From an uncultured Candidatus Saccharibacteria bacterium (GTDB taxonomy: Bacteria > Patescibacteriota > Dojkabacteria > J137): 64,000 bases of DNA. Shown in pieces: positions 8,865 to 19,668 of this stretch. Both the position numbers and the translations under genes were made by a program. Position 1 is the stretch's first letter; every line of letters starts with the position of its first letter. Location of the stretch: contig CAYPVU010000010.1 in NCBI GenBank assembly GCA_964414295.1, positions 6,937 to 70,936 on the forward strand, in the 5' to 3' direction. The notes beneath the pieces were generated by a model, which was not told the origin of the DNA, ran no database searches, and worked only from the letters and a program-made list of their open reading frames with translations.

Positions 8865-10442
8865 TTATTTAGCCTCTTCTGTAGCCCTTAACTCTCTTAT
8901 TACGTTTACTTTAATTACACCAGGATAGTTTTGAGTTTCTTCAATCTCCTTAGCAATTTTGTAAGCCATTACTTTTGTATCTTCATCAGTTACTTCTTCA
9001 GGTTTTACAATAACTCTAACCTCTCTACCAGCATGAATGGCATAAGCTTCTTTAACACCTGTATGTTTTCTAGCAATATCTTCTAAAGCCCTTACTCTTT
9101 TGATATATTCTTCGTAAGAGTCTCTTCTTGCTCCAGGTCTAGCTCCAGAAATTGCATCTGCAATTCTTACTAATTCTGCTTCTATGTATTTAGCTTCAAT
9201 ATCGTAGTGGTGTGCCTCAATTGCATTATATAGTCTGTCATTATTTTTAAAGTATTTTCTAGCAACTTCTCCAGATATATGGTGATGTTGCTTACCATCT
9301 TCTGGTGCAACTTTACCAATATCGTGTAATAGACAAGCTAATTTTGTAGTTTGTACATCAGCTCCCATTTCTAAAGCTAATGCTTCCCCAATCTTTACCA
9401 TTTCTAATGTATGTTTTACTAAATTTTGGCCAAAACTGAATCTATATTTAAATCTACCTAAAAGCATTATTATTTCAGTTGGGAGATTATTACATCCAGT
9501 TTCGTAGGCTATATCTTCTCCTGTCTTTTTTATTACTTTTAGGACGTCTTTTTTAACTTTTTCTACAGTTTCTTCAATTGATCCTGGGTGAACTCTACCA
9601 TCGTCTAAAAGTTTTTTTAGAGCTAAAGCACCAACCTCTCTTCTAATAGGATCAAAGCAGGATAGAGTTACTTGATTAGGAGCTTCATCTACTATTAAAT
9701 CAACTCCGGTTAATTTTTCAAATGTTCTAATATTTCTTCCGTCTTTTCCAATAATCTTACCTTTCATTGCTTCGTCGTCAATTGTAAAGGTAGTGGTTGT
9801 AGTTTCAACTACATAATCAGTAGCGGAATTTACCATTGTTTCAACTAAAATCTCTCTAGAAGTTTCATCATTTTTGAATCTGATTTGATCTTCATTTTCT
9901 CTAACTTTCTTTGCATACCAGTCCTGTAAATCTCTTTCAACTTGGCTTTTTAGTTGTGCTTCTGCTTCTTGTTTTGTTAAACCTGCTATCTGCTGAAGTT
10001 TTAATCCTAAATCTTCTCTTACTTTTTGTACATCTCTTTTAGCTTGATCTAAACTTCTTTCTTTTGCTTCAATTGCGTTAGCTCTTTCATCGATACTCTT
10101 TGCTCTCGAAAGTAAATTTCTTTCTCTTTCGTCTAAAATTCTTTCCTGTTCTTTTAGCTTTTCTCTTACATCTCTAGCAGTAGCCTGTGCTTTGCTTTCA
10201 AGCTCTAAAGCTTGTTTTTCTGCTTCTAAGATTTTATTTTTAGCAATTTGACTGGCCTTTTCTATAGCTTGTTCTTCAGTTAGTGTTGTAACTGCTTTGC
10301 TTTTTGCTAATGCTTCTTCCATTTGTTTCTGCATGTCTATTTTTACTTTTTTATTCTGATTGAATAAGTAAAAGGCAGCAGCTCCAAATAATGTAGCCAG
10401 AACCAGCAGAACTGCCAAAACCAGCAATAATGCTACGTCCAT
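8865..10442 (-). CDS. rny: Ribonuclease Y
   Basis: N-terminal TM plus coiled coil, a KH domain (GKIIGKDGRNIRTFEKLTGVDLIVDE) and an HD domain (LACLLHDIGK); 525 aa. Confidence 0.9.
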   Translation of the reverse strand: MDVALLLVLAVLLVLATLFGAAAFYLFNQNKKVKIDMQKQMEEALAKSKAVTTLTEEQAIEKASQIAKNKILEAEKQALELESKAQATARDVREKLKEQERILDERERNLLSRAKSIDERANAIEAKERSLDQAKRDVQKVREDLGLKLQQIAGLTKQEAEAQLKSQVERDLQDWYAKKVRENEDQIRFKNDETSREILVETMVNSATDYVVETTTTTFTIDDEAMKGKIIGKDGRNIRTFEKLTGVDLIVDEAPNQVTLSCFDPIRREVGALALKKLLDDGRVHPGSIEETVEKVKKDVLKVIKKTGEDIAYETGCNNLPTEIIMLLGRFKYRFSFGQNLVKHTLEMVKIGEALALEMGADVQTTKLACLLHDIGKVAPEDGKQHHHISGEVARKYFKNNDRLYNAIEAHHYDIEAKYIEAELVRIADAISGARPGARRDSYEEYIKRVRALEDIARKHTGVKEAYAIHAGREVRVIVKPEEVTDEDTKVMAYKIAKEIEETQNYPGVIKVNVIRELRATEEAK

Positions 10443-10649
10443 AAATTAAATATTAATAAATTATCCTGTAGAAAAAAAACCGAAGATTAGCTACACAGCA
10501 AAAATGTGCCAGTATAGCGATGAGCTCTTTTAAAAGTAATTAAGCTATTTTTAATTGTTTTAATTAAACTAATGTTCATTACTGATCAAGATTTCGGTTA
10601 TCTAATCTACTAAACCTAATTATAGCGTAAATTTAAGTATTTTTGGGTT

Positions 10650-11834
10650 TTATAGTCTAAAGATATCCATTAAGAAGTCAATAAAAGTTCTTTTCCTTTG
10701 ATTTTGTGGAGTAGAGTAGGTTTGTTGGGCTTTTGGTTGCTGGTTATAAAAAGAATCTATATGGCTTCCATGTACTATAATATTGTTTTTTGCTAATTCC
10801 TGATTTAATCGGGAAATGAGCATATTTTTGTGTTCCAATAGTCTATTCATGCTTTCTTGCATCACCTTTACATCTCCTTGGTTAGCTTTTAATTGATCTA
10901 ATTCTGCTTGTAGCTTTAATACTTTTTCACTTAATTGTCTAAATTCTTTAGCATCATTTACCATTTTTTCATGATCTACACCATCTACTAATTTTTTTAT
11001 TAAATCTATTTCTGTTACTCCTGTATTAAGATGAAAATTCAAATCGTTTTGTCCAGGTTCCTTTCCTAAAACTTTAAGATATACTTTTTTAATCATTTCT
11101 TTTCTTTCCTCTCGATCCATTAGTACAGGTCTATTTGGAGTTGTAGAGCCAAAGGATGGCGTTGCTCCTCCAAAAGGGGTTGTTACTTGTGGTGCGGTTG
11201 AATTTTGGAATACAGGTCTATTTAATTGATTTGTAGGTAGCTGCTTAGATGAAGGTCTATATTTTAAAGCTGGAGCAATATTTTTAATATATTCATTTAT
11301 TGAATCAGCTATTGCTTTTGCGAGTTGCTCTAACTTTGTATCGTCCTTTAAAATTGCAATATCCTCAGTGTTATCTATATACAAACATTCAATAGCTGCT
11401 GAGATTGTATTTGACTGATTTAAAATAATTAAAGATCCTAAATCATGCTGGTATTCACTCTTTGCACCTTGATTTTGATATCCTGTTTGTTTACAAATGC
11501 CATTAACCAGAGTTTCTGCTAGTTTTTGCGAGTTATTGTCCGTAGAGGCCGCACCTTCGTACCATCCTTCTATCCCTCTTTTTCCTCCATCATTTACATG
11601 AATTTCAACAAATATATCTCCCTGTTCACTGGAATATCCAGTATCTCTAATCCAATCAAGTCTTTTTAGAAGTTGTAAATCTAGAGGTACAGCTTGATAT
11701 TCTATTTGATGAGAATCTAAATAGGGTAGAGTCTTTTTTAATATTTTTCTAGTTAAATCTGCTTCTCTTAAATCACCATATATTTCTCCTGGATTTTCTA
11801 ATGTATGTGCAGCAGATATTAATAATCTAGGCAT
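10650..11834 (-). CDS. N-acetylmuramoyl-L-alanine amidase (Amidase_3-like) with C-terminal coiled-coil domain
   Basis: N-terminal region matches Amidase_3 blocks loosely (ISAAHTLENPGEIYGDLREADLTRKI; EIHVND). C-terminal half is coiled-coil rich. Confidence 0.45.
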   Translation of the reverse strand: MPRLLISAAHTLENPGEIYGDLREADLTRKILKKTLPYLDSHQIEYQAVPLDLQLLKRLDWIRDTGYSSEQGDIFVEIHVNDGGKRGIEGWYEGAASTDNNSQKLAETLVNGICKQTGYQNQGAKSEYQHDLGSLIILNQSNTISAAIECLYIDNTEDIAILKDDTKLEQLAKAIADSINEYIKNIAPALKYRPSSKQLPTNQLNRPVFQNSTAPQVTTPFGGATPSFGSTTPNRPVLMDREERKEMIKKVYLKVLGKEPGQNDLNFHLNTGVTEIDLIKKLVDGVDHEKMVNDAKEFRQLSEKVLKLQAELDQLKANQGDVKVMQESMNRLLEHKNMLISRLNQELAKNNIIVHGSHIDSFYNQQPKAQQTYSTPQNQRKRTFIDFLMDIFRL

Positions 11835-11895
11835 TTAAGAATTCTAAATTTTATTAGTGTAATTATACTAAATAGATTTACTTTGTACGAAGGAA

Positions 11896-12753
11896 TTATA
11901 GAAGCTTAGATATTAATTTATCTAATTCTGAATCACTTTTAAACGGAATAACAATCTTTCCTCCTTTTTGAGATCTAGCAACTGATACATTGTTTCCGAA
12001 TTTATCTCTTAATGATGTTTCTATTTCTGTAGTTTTTTCATCCATTATTCTCATATCTTTTCTTTGAGTTACTTGTTTTCCTGTATTTAATCGTCTTACT
12101 AATTCTTCTACAGCTCTAACAGACAAGTGATCCCTTATTGTAATTTTATATGCTGCAAGTAAGGTTTCTTGTTTATGTAGCCCAAGTAGAGCTCTTGCGT
12201 GTCCTTCTGAGATCTTCGCTTCTAGTAAGCCTCTTTTTATTTCTTCAGGTAAACTTAATAGTCTTATTTTATTTGCTATTGCAGGTCTACTTAATCCAAT
12301 CTTTTTAGAAATTTGTTCGTGAGTAAGATTAAATGTAGTAACTAATTGTTGAAAAGCCAAAGCCTCTTCTAATGGATTTAAGTCAGCTCTTTGTACATTT
12401 TCTACTATAGCAAGTTCGAGCATTTCTTGTGGAGAAGTTTCTTTGATTACCACAGGAACGGTTTCCATTCCTGCTAATTTGGCAGCTCTCCATCTTCTTT
12501 CTCCTGCTATTAACTCGTAATTATTTGTATCTTTTTTAGTAACTAATAATGGCTCAATTACACCATGTTCTCTAATAGAATCAGCTAACTCTACTAGATG
12601 TTCAGGATTCATCTCTATTCTTGGCTGATAAGGGTTAGGAACTATCATGTTTATAGGCAGATTTGGAATAAATCCTTGAGAGAAATCAGGGATTGAATTT
12701 GCATTTATTAATGCCGATAAACCTTTACCAAGTCCGGATTTTTTTTCTGCCAT
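11896..12753 (-). CDS. parB: Chromosome partitioning protein ParB/Spo0J
   Basis: ParB box IAGERRWRAAKLAGMETVPVVIK, HTH, N-terminal GLGKGLSALI. Confidence 0.9.
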   Translation of the reverse strand: MAEKKSGLGKGLSALINANSIPDFSQGFIPNLPINMIVPNPYQPRIEMNPEHLVELADSIREHGVIEPLLVTKKDTNNYELIAGERRWRAAKLAGMETVPVVIKETSPQEMLELAIVENVQRADLNPLEEALAFQQLVTTFNLTHEQISKKIGLSRPAIANKIRLLSLPEEIKRGLLEAKISEGHARALLGLHKQETLLAAYKITIRDHLSVRAVEELVRRLNTGKQVTQRKDMRIMDEKTTEIETSLRDKFGNNVSVARSQKGGKIVIPFKSDSELDKLISKLL

Positions 12754-12808
12754 ATAAATAATGAAATTTCTAAACTTATAAATATCTTGTCACAAAACAC
12801 TAACTACT

Positions 12809-13633
12809 TCAAGAAGTTTTAAGCAATTTAGGCCTTCTCATTATTGCTTTGTCGAATCTCTCAATGATTTCGTCTGTTAGATTTTCGTAAGCTAATCCAC
12901 CAGCAGATGCTCTTGCATATTCATATATAGAAAGACCGTGAGAAGGTGCTTCTGATAATTTTATATTTCTTGGAATTACTGATTTAAATAATTTTGTATC
13001 AAAATATTTTTCTATTTCTCCAGCCACATCTTTACTTAAGTTAGTACGATTGTCGTACATTGTAAGAATTACACCCCCAATATCCATTGCAGGATTAAGA
13101 GAGCCCTTTATTAATTTTATAGTATTAATTAACTGTCCTAATCCTTCTAATGCAAAATATTCTGATTGTACAGGTATTAATACTTGATCTGCAGATACTA
13201 AACTGTTTATTGTTAATAATCCAAGTGATGGAGGACAATCGATTAAAATGTAATCATAATCGTCTCTTACATCTTCTAAGGCTTTTTTTAATATATTTTC
13301 TCTAGACAGCGCACCTACTAGTTCAACTTCTGCACCAGCTAACTCTATTCCAGAAGGAATAATGCTTAAATTATCAATTCTAGTTTTTTGGATTACTTCT
13401 TTAGCTGGAGTTCTATTTACTAATAAATCGTAAATAGTTTTATATCCTTTATTGTTTAAATCTTCAATTTCGTTTGGTTCATGAGATATCCCTAATCCAC
13501 TAGACAGATTAGCTTGTGGATCAATATCTATTAATAAGACCTTCTTTTCTTTTGTGGCCAAAAAAACGCCAATATTTAATACGGTGGTAGTTTTACCTAC
13601 ACCTCCTTTTTGATTCGTTACTGCAAATACCAT
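12809..13633 (-). CDS. parA: Chromosome partitioning ATPase ParA/Soj
   Basis: Deviant Walker A NQKGGVGKTTT; lies upstream of parB. Confidence 0.9.
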   Translation of the reverse strand: MVFAVTNQKGGVGKTTTVLNIGVFLATKEKKVLLIDIDPQANLSSGLGISHEPNEIEDLNNKGYKTIYDLLVNRTPAKEVIQKTRIDNLSIIPSGIELAGAEVELVGALSRENILKKALEDVRDDYDYILIDCPPSLGLLTINSLVSADQVLIPVQSEYFALEGLGQLINTIKLIKGSLNPAMDIGGVILTMYDNRTNLSKDVAGEIEKYFDTKLFKSVIPRNIKLSEAPSHGLSIYEYARASAGGLAYENLTDEIIERFDKAIMRRPKLLKTS

Positions 13634-13670
13634 ATGTATAAATTACAGGATTAATTGATTTTAGGCAACT

Positions 13671-14291
13671 TTAAATATTATAAATAGGCCTTTTAAATAT
13701 AGTAAAACTAGATAGTGGCCAGTATTTTAATATTACTTTTCCCTTTATCCACGCTTTATTAATTAGACCTATATCGTTGTATCTTGAATCCAGGCTATCT
13801 ATCCTATTGTCTCCTAATACTAAGTAACGATCTTCTGGTATTAGTATTTCCGGTCCTTCACTAGATAAAAAGTCACCACCTAGAGTTGTATGTTCAAGAA
13901 TATAATCCTCTTTTAGTTCTACCTCGTTTACAAATACATGACCATTCTTTATAGACACCTTTTCTCCTGGTAAGCCAACTATTCTTTTTACAAAGTCTTT
14001 ATATTTAGGTTTTTGAAATACTACTATATCACCTCGTTGGTAACCTGTACCTAAATTACTAGATAAATTCACTAAAAAGTTATCGATCTTATCAGTAATA
14101 ATAAGCTCTCCGCTATTTAGAATTGGAGCCATTGAATCACCTTCAACTTGGTTGGGTGTTGCAATAAATAGATAAAAAAAGGTGCAGATAACTAAAACCT
14201 TTCCCGCGGTTTTAAAGAATTCATACACTTCTATTGGGACATTGAATCCCAATAGTGGTACGTATTTATTAAGTTGTACATCGGTTTCCAT
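13671..14291 (-). CDS. lepB: Signal peptidase I
   Basis: S26 catalytic Ser box GDSMAPIL and the VLGDNRIDSLDSRY box; N-terminal TM. Confidence 0.85.
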   Translation of the reverse strand: METDVQLNKYVPLLGFNVPIEVYEFFKTAGKVLVICTFFYLFIATPNQVEGDSMAPILNSGELIITDKIDNFLVNLSSNLGTGYQRGDIVVFQKPKYKDFVKRIVGLPGEKVSIKNGHVFVNEVELKEDYILEHTTLGGDFLSSEGPEILIPEDRYLVLGDNRIDSLDSRYNDIGLINKAWIKGKVILKYWPLSSFTIFKRPIYNI

Positions 14292-17266
14292 TAACCTACA
14301 GTGATTTCTGCAGCTACTTCTTTTCCTTCTATTTCGATTGTAAATGGTGATTCAATCTCACTAACAAATTCAACATTTACTGCATTAATTGTCTTTTTTA
14401 TAGATTCAATATTTCTATTTAATGTTGATTGTAAGACTTCATCAGTAACAGTCAACTTTACATTAATAGTGTCTCCTTGTTGTAAACCCATTTTCTTTCT
14501 TTGAGCCTGTAGAGATCGAGTAAATTCTCTTACAAGTCCTTCATCTTTTAATTCTTGAGTTAAATTAGTTTCTAGTCCAATCTTTATTTTTAGAGTAGTA
14601 TCTTCTGTAACTTTTATAGTTTCAGTTTCATTGATTACTGCTTTATCTAGAACATCTTTTACATTTAATTCATTCTTGATCATATTGCCCATCCAAGTAC
14701 TTATAGCCGGTACAACTTCATTTGAACTTAATACATATAGTTCACTTAAAGGTTGTCTAACTTTCATTTGAGAAGCTACCCTTAAAGTATGACCCATTTC
14801 GCAAACCTGCCTTACAACCTGCATTTCATCAGCTAATCTTGAATATTGTTCTACAAATTTTCTATCTACTTCAGGATAGTCTGTTAAATGTATAGATTCT
14901 TTTGCTCCCTGTACCTTTCTTACTACAAGTTCTTGGTACATATACTCTGTAATAAATGGTGTAAATGGAGCTAATAGCTTTATTGTTTCTACAAAAACGT
15001 AATATAAAGTATCAATAGAATCTTGATTGCCTTCTGCAAACCTTTCTCTTGAACTTCTAATAAACCATTTAGAAGTATCATCAACTAATTCCTTTACTTG
15101 TTTCATTGCTTTTTGAATATCATAAACTTCTAAAGCAAGATCCATATTATGGATAGTTTCTTGTAGTCTATAAATTATCCATGCATTTACTTCGTTCTCA
15201 ATATCTCCAAAAGGAATATGATTCCATGGATGATTTTCTGTAGAATTATTTCTATTATTAAATGCAAGCTCTTCTTTTGGCTCCCAGTTATGGATATTTG
15301 CATAAGTTATTAAATACGTAAATATATTCCATAGTGGAAGAATGAATTCTTGAGTCTGTAATTTTAGAGTTTTGTTACTTACAGTTGTATCCTCCCCAGC
15401 ACAGATAGGCGTACTAAAGAAGTTTGCTCTAATTGCATCTGCACCAAAGGATTCGATCATTGTTTTTGGTTCGGTATAGTTACCCTTACTTTTACTTAAC
15501 TTAACTCCGTTATCGTCTAATACAAATCCGCTCATTACTACATTCTCAAATGCCTCTTTGTTAAATAAGCTTGTAGATATCGCTAAAAGAGAGTAGAACC
15601 ATCCTCTTGTCTGATCGACACTTTCTGCAATGTATTGAGCCGGAAACTTTTTATCGAACTTTTCTTTATTTTCAAAAGGATAATGGAACCTTGCAAATGG
15701 CATTGCTCCAGAGTCGTACCAAACATCTAATACATCAGGAATTCTTTTATAAGTTTCTCCATCTTTTTCGAATATAATATCGTCAATGTATGGCCTATGT
15801 GGGTCTTCTACTTCAACACCAGATAATTCTTTTAATTCTTCGTAAGAGCCAATCACCATTGTTTTTCCTGACTCGCTCTTCCAAACAGGAATTGGTGTTC
15901 CCCAATATCTTGTTCTGGAAATTCCCCAATCCTTAATTTCGGCTAACCAATTCCCAAATCTTCCGTGCTTTACGTGTTTAGGTGTCCAGGTAATCTTTTC
16001 GTTGTTATCAACTAACTGCTGTCTTAGTGTACTCATTCCGATGTACCAAGAAGTAATTGGTTTATAGATTAATGGAGTATTTGTTCTCCAGCACATTGGC
16101 ATTTCGTGTTCGTAATCTTCGTGTTTAAATAGTGCGCTTATATCTTTTAAGTCTTCAATTATTTTAGGATTTGCATCTCTATAATTCATTCCGGAGTAAG
16201 GCGCAACTTCTGCTTTAAAATCTCCTTGATCATCTAAATAATCAAAGCTTTCGATTCCTACTTTTTGAAATATTTCATTATCTTCAGCTCCGTAAGGTGC
16301 TAAGTGTACTATTCCAGTACCTGATTCAGTTGTTACATGAAAGCCTTCGTATATTTTGTGTGCATTTGTTCGTCCTTTATAAAATTTAAAGGGAGGAATA
16401 TAACTTTTACCTACAAGTTCAGAAGCATTTACTTCTTCCAATACCTTGTATTCTGAATCCTTAAATACTGAATCTGCTAAATCCTTTGCAACAATATATT
16501 TTTTATTACTACCTTCTTTTTGTACCTTTACATATACAATATCTTTACCTACTGCTAAACCTAGGTTACCAGGTATTGTCCAAGGTGTAGTTGTCCATGC
16601 TAAAAGTACAACCATTGGATCCTCTTCTAATGGGAATTCTACAGTAATTGCAGGATCTACCATTTTTTTGTATCCACCTAAAGCAACTTCTGCATTTGAG
16701 AGTGTTGTTCCAGCTCTAGTAGAATAAGGGACTACTTTAAATCCTTCATAGAGTAAGCCTTTGGTATACAATTCTTTTAAAGACCACCAAATAGATTCAA
16801 TATAGGACTTATCCATTGTTTGATATTCCTCATCTGAATTTGTAAGTCTTCCCATTAATTCTTCCAACTCAATAATCTTGTCTTTGAATTCTAGAACTGA
16901 AGCTTTACATAGTTCATTAAATTTAGCTACACCAAATTTTTCTATGTCTTTTTTCTCTTTAAATCCTAATCTTTTTTCAATTTCGTATTCTACAGGTAAT
17001 CCTTGGCAGTCCCAACCTAAACTTCTTGCAACTTTAAAACCTTTCATTGTCCAATATCTTGGGTAAACATCTTTCATTGCAAATGTAAGCATATGCCCGT
17101 GATGCGGACTTCCGTTCGCCGTTATAGGACCATCGTAAAAAGTTTTTGTTTTATCTTCTGGTCTTTGATCAATAGATTTGTTTAAAATATCATTAGATTT
17201 CCAATATTTTAATATTTCTTGCTCTAATTCAAAAAAATTCTGCTTGGGATTTGGTTTGTTGAACAT
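14291..17266 (-). CDS. ileS: Isoleucyl-tRNA synthetase
   Basis: HIGH-type motif PHHGHML, KMSKS-type KLSKSKGN, and IleS-type GWDCQGLPVE; 991 aa with no C-terminal Zn-finger (type-2-like). Confidence 0.9.
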   Translation of the reverse strand: MFNKPNPKQNFFELEQEILKYWKSNDILNKSIDQRPEDKTKTFYDGPITANGSPHHGHMLTFAMKDVYPRYWTMKGFKVARSLGWDCQGLPVEYEIEKRLGFKEKKDIEKFGVAKFNELCKASVLEFKDKIIELEELMGRLTNSDEEYQTMDKSYIESIWWSLKELYTKGLLYEGFKVVPYSTRAGTTLSNAEVALGGYKKMVDPAITVEFPLEEDPMVVLLAWTTTPWTIPGNLGLAVGKDIVYVKVQKEGSNKKYIVAKDLADSVFKDSEYKVLEEVNASELVGKSYIPPFKFYKGRTNAHKIYEGFHVTTESGTGIVHLAPYGAEDNEIFQKVGIESFDYLDDQGDFKAEVAPYSGMNYRDANPKIIEDLKDISALFKHEDYEHEMPMCWRTNTPLIYKPITSWYIGMSTLRQQLVDNNEKITWTPKHVKHGRFGNWLAEIKDWGISRTRYWGTPIPVWKSESGKTMVIGSYEELKELSGVEVEDPHRPYIDDIIFEKDGETYKRIPDVLDVWYDSGAMPFARFHYPFENKEKFDKKFPAQYIAESVDQTRGWFYSLLAISTSLFNKEAFENVVMSGFVLDDNGVKLSKSKGNYTEPKTMIESFGADAIRANFFSTPICAGEDTTVSNKTLKLQTQEFILPLWNIFTYLITYANIHNWEPKEELAFNNRNNSTENHPWNHIPFGDIENEVNAWIIYRLQETIHNMDLALEVYDIQKAMKQVKELVDDTSKWFIRSSRERFAEGNQDSIDTLYYVFVETIKLLAPFTPFITEYMYQELVVRKVQGAKESIHLTDYPEVDRKFVEQYSRLADEMQVVRQVCEMGHTLRVASQMKVRQPLSELYVLSSNEVVPAISTWMGNMIKNELNVKDVLDKAVINETETIKVTEDTTLKIKIGLETNLTQELKDEGLVREFTRSLQAQRKKMGLQQGDTINVKLTVTDEVLQSTLNRNIESIKKTINAVNVEFVSEIESPFTIEIEGKEVAAEITVG

Positions 17267-17358
17267 AGATTACTTAATAAATACTTTATCTTGTAATTTT
17301 AACCTTAAAAACATTAGCAGGCAAATGATTGAAAGCTTATTGTGTTAAAATTTAATTA

Positions 17359-18288
17359 ATGAGAATAAAAACCATTTTTATAGGTAGCGGAGAATTTGCA
17401 GTCCCTATCTTAGATAAACTATTGCAAAGCGATTTAATAGAGATTACATGCGTAATCTCTCAGCCAGATAAACCGGTAGGCAGAAAACAGATCCTAACTC
17501 CAACGCCTGTTAGCGAATTTTTACAAAAAAACAGCATTAAGATAAGCTTAGAAACACCAGTAAAAATTCGCTTAGAAGCAGATAACTTACTAAATAAGTA
17601 CCAGCCTGAGTTAATTATAGTTGCTTCTTATGGACAAATAATTCCAGAAAGTATTTTAAATTATCCTAAATACAAAGCTCTAAATATACATGGATCATTG
17701 TTGCCTGAATTAAGAGGAGCAGTTCCGGTACAAATGTCTATTTTAAATGGTTTAAGTAAAACAGGTGTAACTATTCAAAGAATGGTTTATCAAATGGATG
17801 CAGGACCAATAGTTGGTTTAAAGGAAATTGAATTGAATAATAAAGAAACCTCTGATTTATTAATGGATAAATTAGGTAATCTCGGTGCTGAATTATTAAT
17901 ACAAATTTTGCCTAAATGGATTGATGGACAAATACAAGAAGTTCCTCAAAATGAAATGGGTGCTACTTACTGCTATAAGGATGACATTGCAAAAAACAAG
18001 GCTGAAATAACCTTTGAAACAGATATTGATTTAGCCGAAAGAATGGTGAGGGCTTTTTACCCTTGGCCGATTGCTTGGGTAAAATACAATAATAAGTTTA
18101 TAAAAATATATTCTGCTATTGTTTCTACTCCAATTCCAGGATTAGAGAATCTTAGGTTTATTAAAAAAGATAAAAAACTCTATTTAGGATTAAAAAACGG
18201 AAGTCTAGAAATTCTTGAGTTGCAGGAAGAAGGAAAGAAAAGAGGAGAATTCAAAAATTACTTTTATCTTGCTGATATAAAATCTTGA
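17359..18288 (+). CDS. fmt: Methionyl-tRNA formyltransferase
   Basis: Formyltransferase motif NIHGSLLPELRG and the N-terminal GSGEFAVP Rossmann segment. Confidence 0.9.
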   Translation: MRIKTIFIGSGEFAVPILDKLLQSDLIEITCVISQPDKPVGRKQILTPTPVSEFLQKNSIKISLETPVKIRLEADNLLNKYQPELIIVASYGQIIPESILNYPKYKALNIHGSLLPELRGAVPVQMSILNGLSKTGVTIQRMVYQMDAGPIVGLKEIELNNKETSDLLMDKLGNLGAELLIQILPKWIDGQIQEVPQNEMGATYCYKDDIAKNKAEITFETDIDLAERMVRAFYPWPIAWVKYNNKFIKIYSAIVSTPIPGLENLRFIKKDKKLYLGLKNGSLEILELQEEGKKRGEFKNYFYLADIKS

Positions 18289-18518
18289 TATTCTTTTAGA
18301 ATATATCCTTCAGGGAAGTTTTCTATAGCCAGTTCAAAATAAAATTGTGCGTTTTTAGAATCTCCTAATCCCATACTTTCCACAGCTAAATTATAATAAG
18401 CTGCAGCTCTTGTTTTAGGGACTCCAATAAAATATTGGTAGCTTAAAAATATAAATCCAATAACTATTCCAACTAAAAGTGGTTTAAAGAGATTATTTAG
18501 CAGAGATTTCATGTTCAA
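18264..18518 (-). CDS. Small membrane-anchored protein with TPR-like helix pair
   Basis: One TM helix followed by AAAYYNLAVESMGLGDSKNAQFYFELAIE; overlaps both neighbouring genes by about 25 nt. Confidence 0.3.
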   Translation of the reverse strand: MNMKSLLNNLFKPLLVGIVIGFIFLSYQYFIGVPKTRAAAYYNLAVESMGLGDSKNAQFYFELAIENFPEGYILKEYQDFISAR

Positions 18519-19599
18519 GTTTGTTTTTTAGAAAATTCTTTCTGTAAATATCTACAATAGTTAGGAATAAAACAAGCAATACTGGTCCATATAAAATTCC
18601 TAATACACCAAATGTAGCAATTCCACCCAATACGCTAAATACTGCTGCTAATGGATGAATATTTACTGCCCCCTGCATTAATCTTGGTCTAATAGTTGTA
18701 TCAATAACATTAATAATTATTGCACTATAAACAATTAATAAGATACCTAAAATAATCTGATTAGTATTCCCGCTAGAAATTCCGCCAATAATAATAGCTA
18801 CTCCAACAGGTGCCCATACTAAGCCTGAACCTACAGGGATTATAGAAAGTAATACCATTATTAACCATAATAATACAGGAGCGCCAATTCCCATAAACAT
18901 CATTGGAATTAATACAGCTGTAGCTTGAAGAATTGCAACTACTAATGTTCCCTTTAAAACTCCCTTTGTTGTTTGTTTTAATTTTTCAAAAATTACTTTG
19001 TCTACTTCATCATCCAGTGGTGATACCTTTCTAAATATCGAAGGTAAATTTTCAAATAAAGGAAAGAAGTAACTTAAAGAAAGTATTAATAGAAATAAAT
19101 TAAATAATATTTCTCCACTTAAAGATAATATCTGAGATGCTACGGGTAACAACTGGTCTCTTAAATTGACCGCAAAATCAATTAATAAACTTCTTAATTC
19201 AAGCTGAGATAAAGCAAATCCCGTAGTTGAAAGTAAATTTGTATTGATGTTACTAATTGCATCATTGATAGATGTTTCTAAATTCCCAACAATACTAAAT
19301 AGGTTTCCAGAATCAGACAAAGTTTTAATTTCGTTAATTGTTAATAACAGTATTAATACAAGTGGTACGATTACGCACACTAAAGTTGTTATTACAGATA
19401 CTAAAGTACTAATTCCTTTGCTTTTTGTTCTTGAGTATATAAATCTGTAAAAAGGATGAAATATCAAAACAATAATTAAAGAAATTATTATGATATTAAA
19501 ATAAGGTGAAAATAACCTAAAGGTAAAAATCCCTAGTAAAGTCATTAGTCCTAAAAAGAATAGCGTTGGAACTTCAATGTTTGAAAGAGTTTTTTTCAT
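18493..19599 (-). CDS. Polytopic membrane protein, AI-2E/PerM-like transporter family (tentative)
   Basis: Eight predicted TM helices in about 368 aa and a Gly-rich TM core, a topology typical of the AI-2E family; no decisive motif. Confidence 0.45.
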   Translation of the reverse strand: MKKTLSNIEVPTLFFLGLMTLLGIFTFRLFSPYFNIIIISLIIVLIFHPFYRFIYSRTKSKGISTLVSVITTLVCVIVPLVLILLLTINEIKTLSDSGNLFSIVGNLETSINDAISNINTNLLSTTGFALSQLELRSLLIDFAVNLRDQLLPVASQILSLSGEILFNLFLLILSLSYFFPLFENLPSIFRKVSPLDDEVDKVIFEKLKQTTKGVLKGTLVVAILQATAVLIPMMFMGIGAPVLLWLIMVLLSIIPVGSGLVWAPVGVAIIIGGISSGNTNQIILGILLIVYSAIIINVIDTTIRPRLMQGAVNIHPLAAVFSVLGGIATFGVLGILYGPVLLVLFLTIVDIYRKNFLKNKLEHEISAK

Positions 19600-19668
19600 T
19601 CAAAATATATAACAATATTGTATTAATGATAATGTAGTGTGAATTAATAGTAAATAGTAATTAACTAC

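Noticed and set aside
14301-17066. Three plus-strand ORFs (62 to 93 aa) inside ileS
   Set aside because: Antisense shadow ORFs within a conserved aminoacyl-tRNA synthetase gene.
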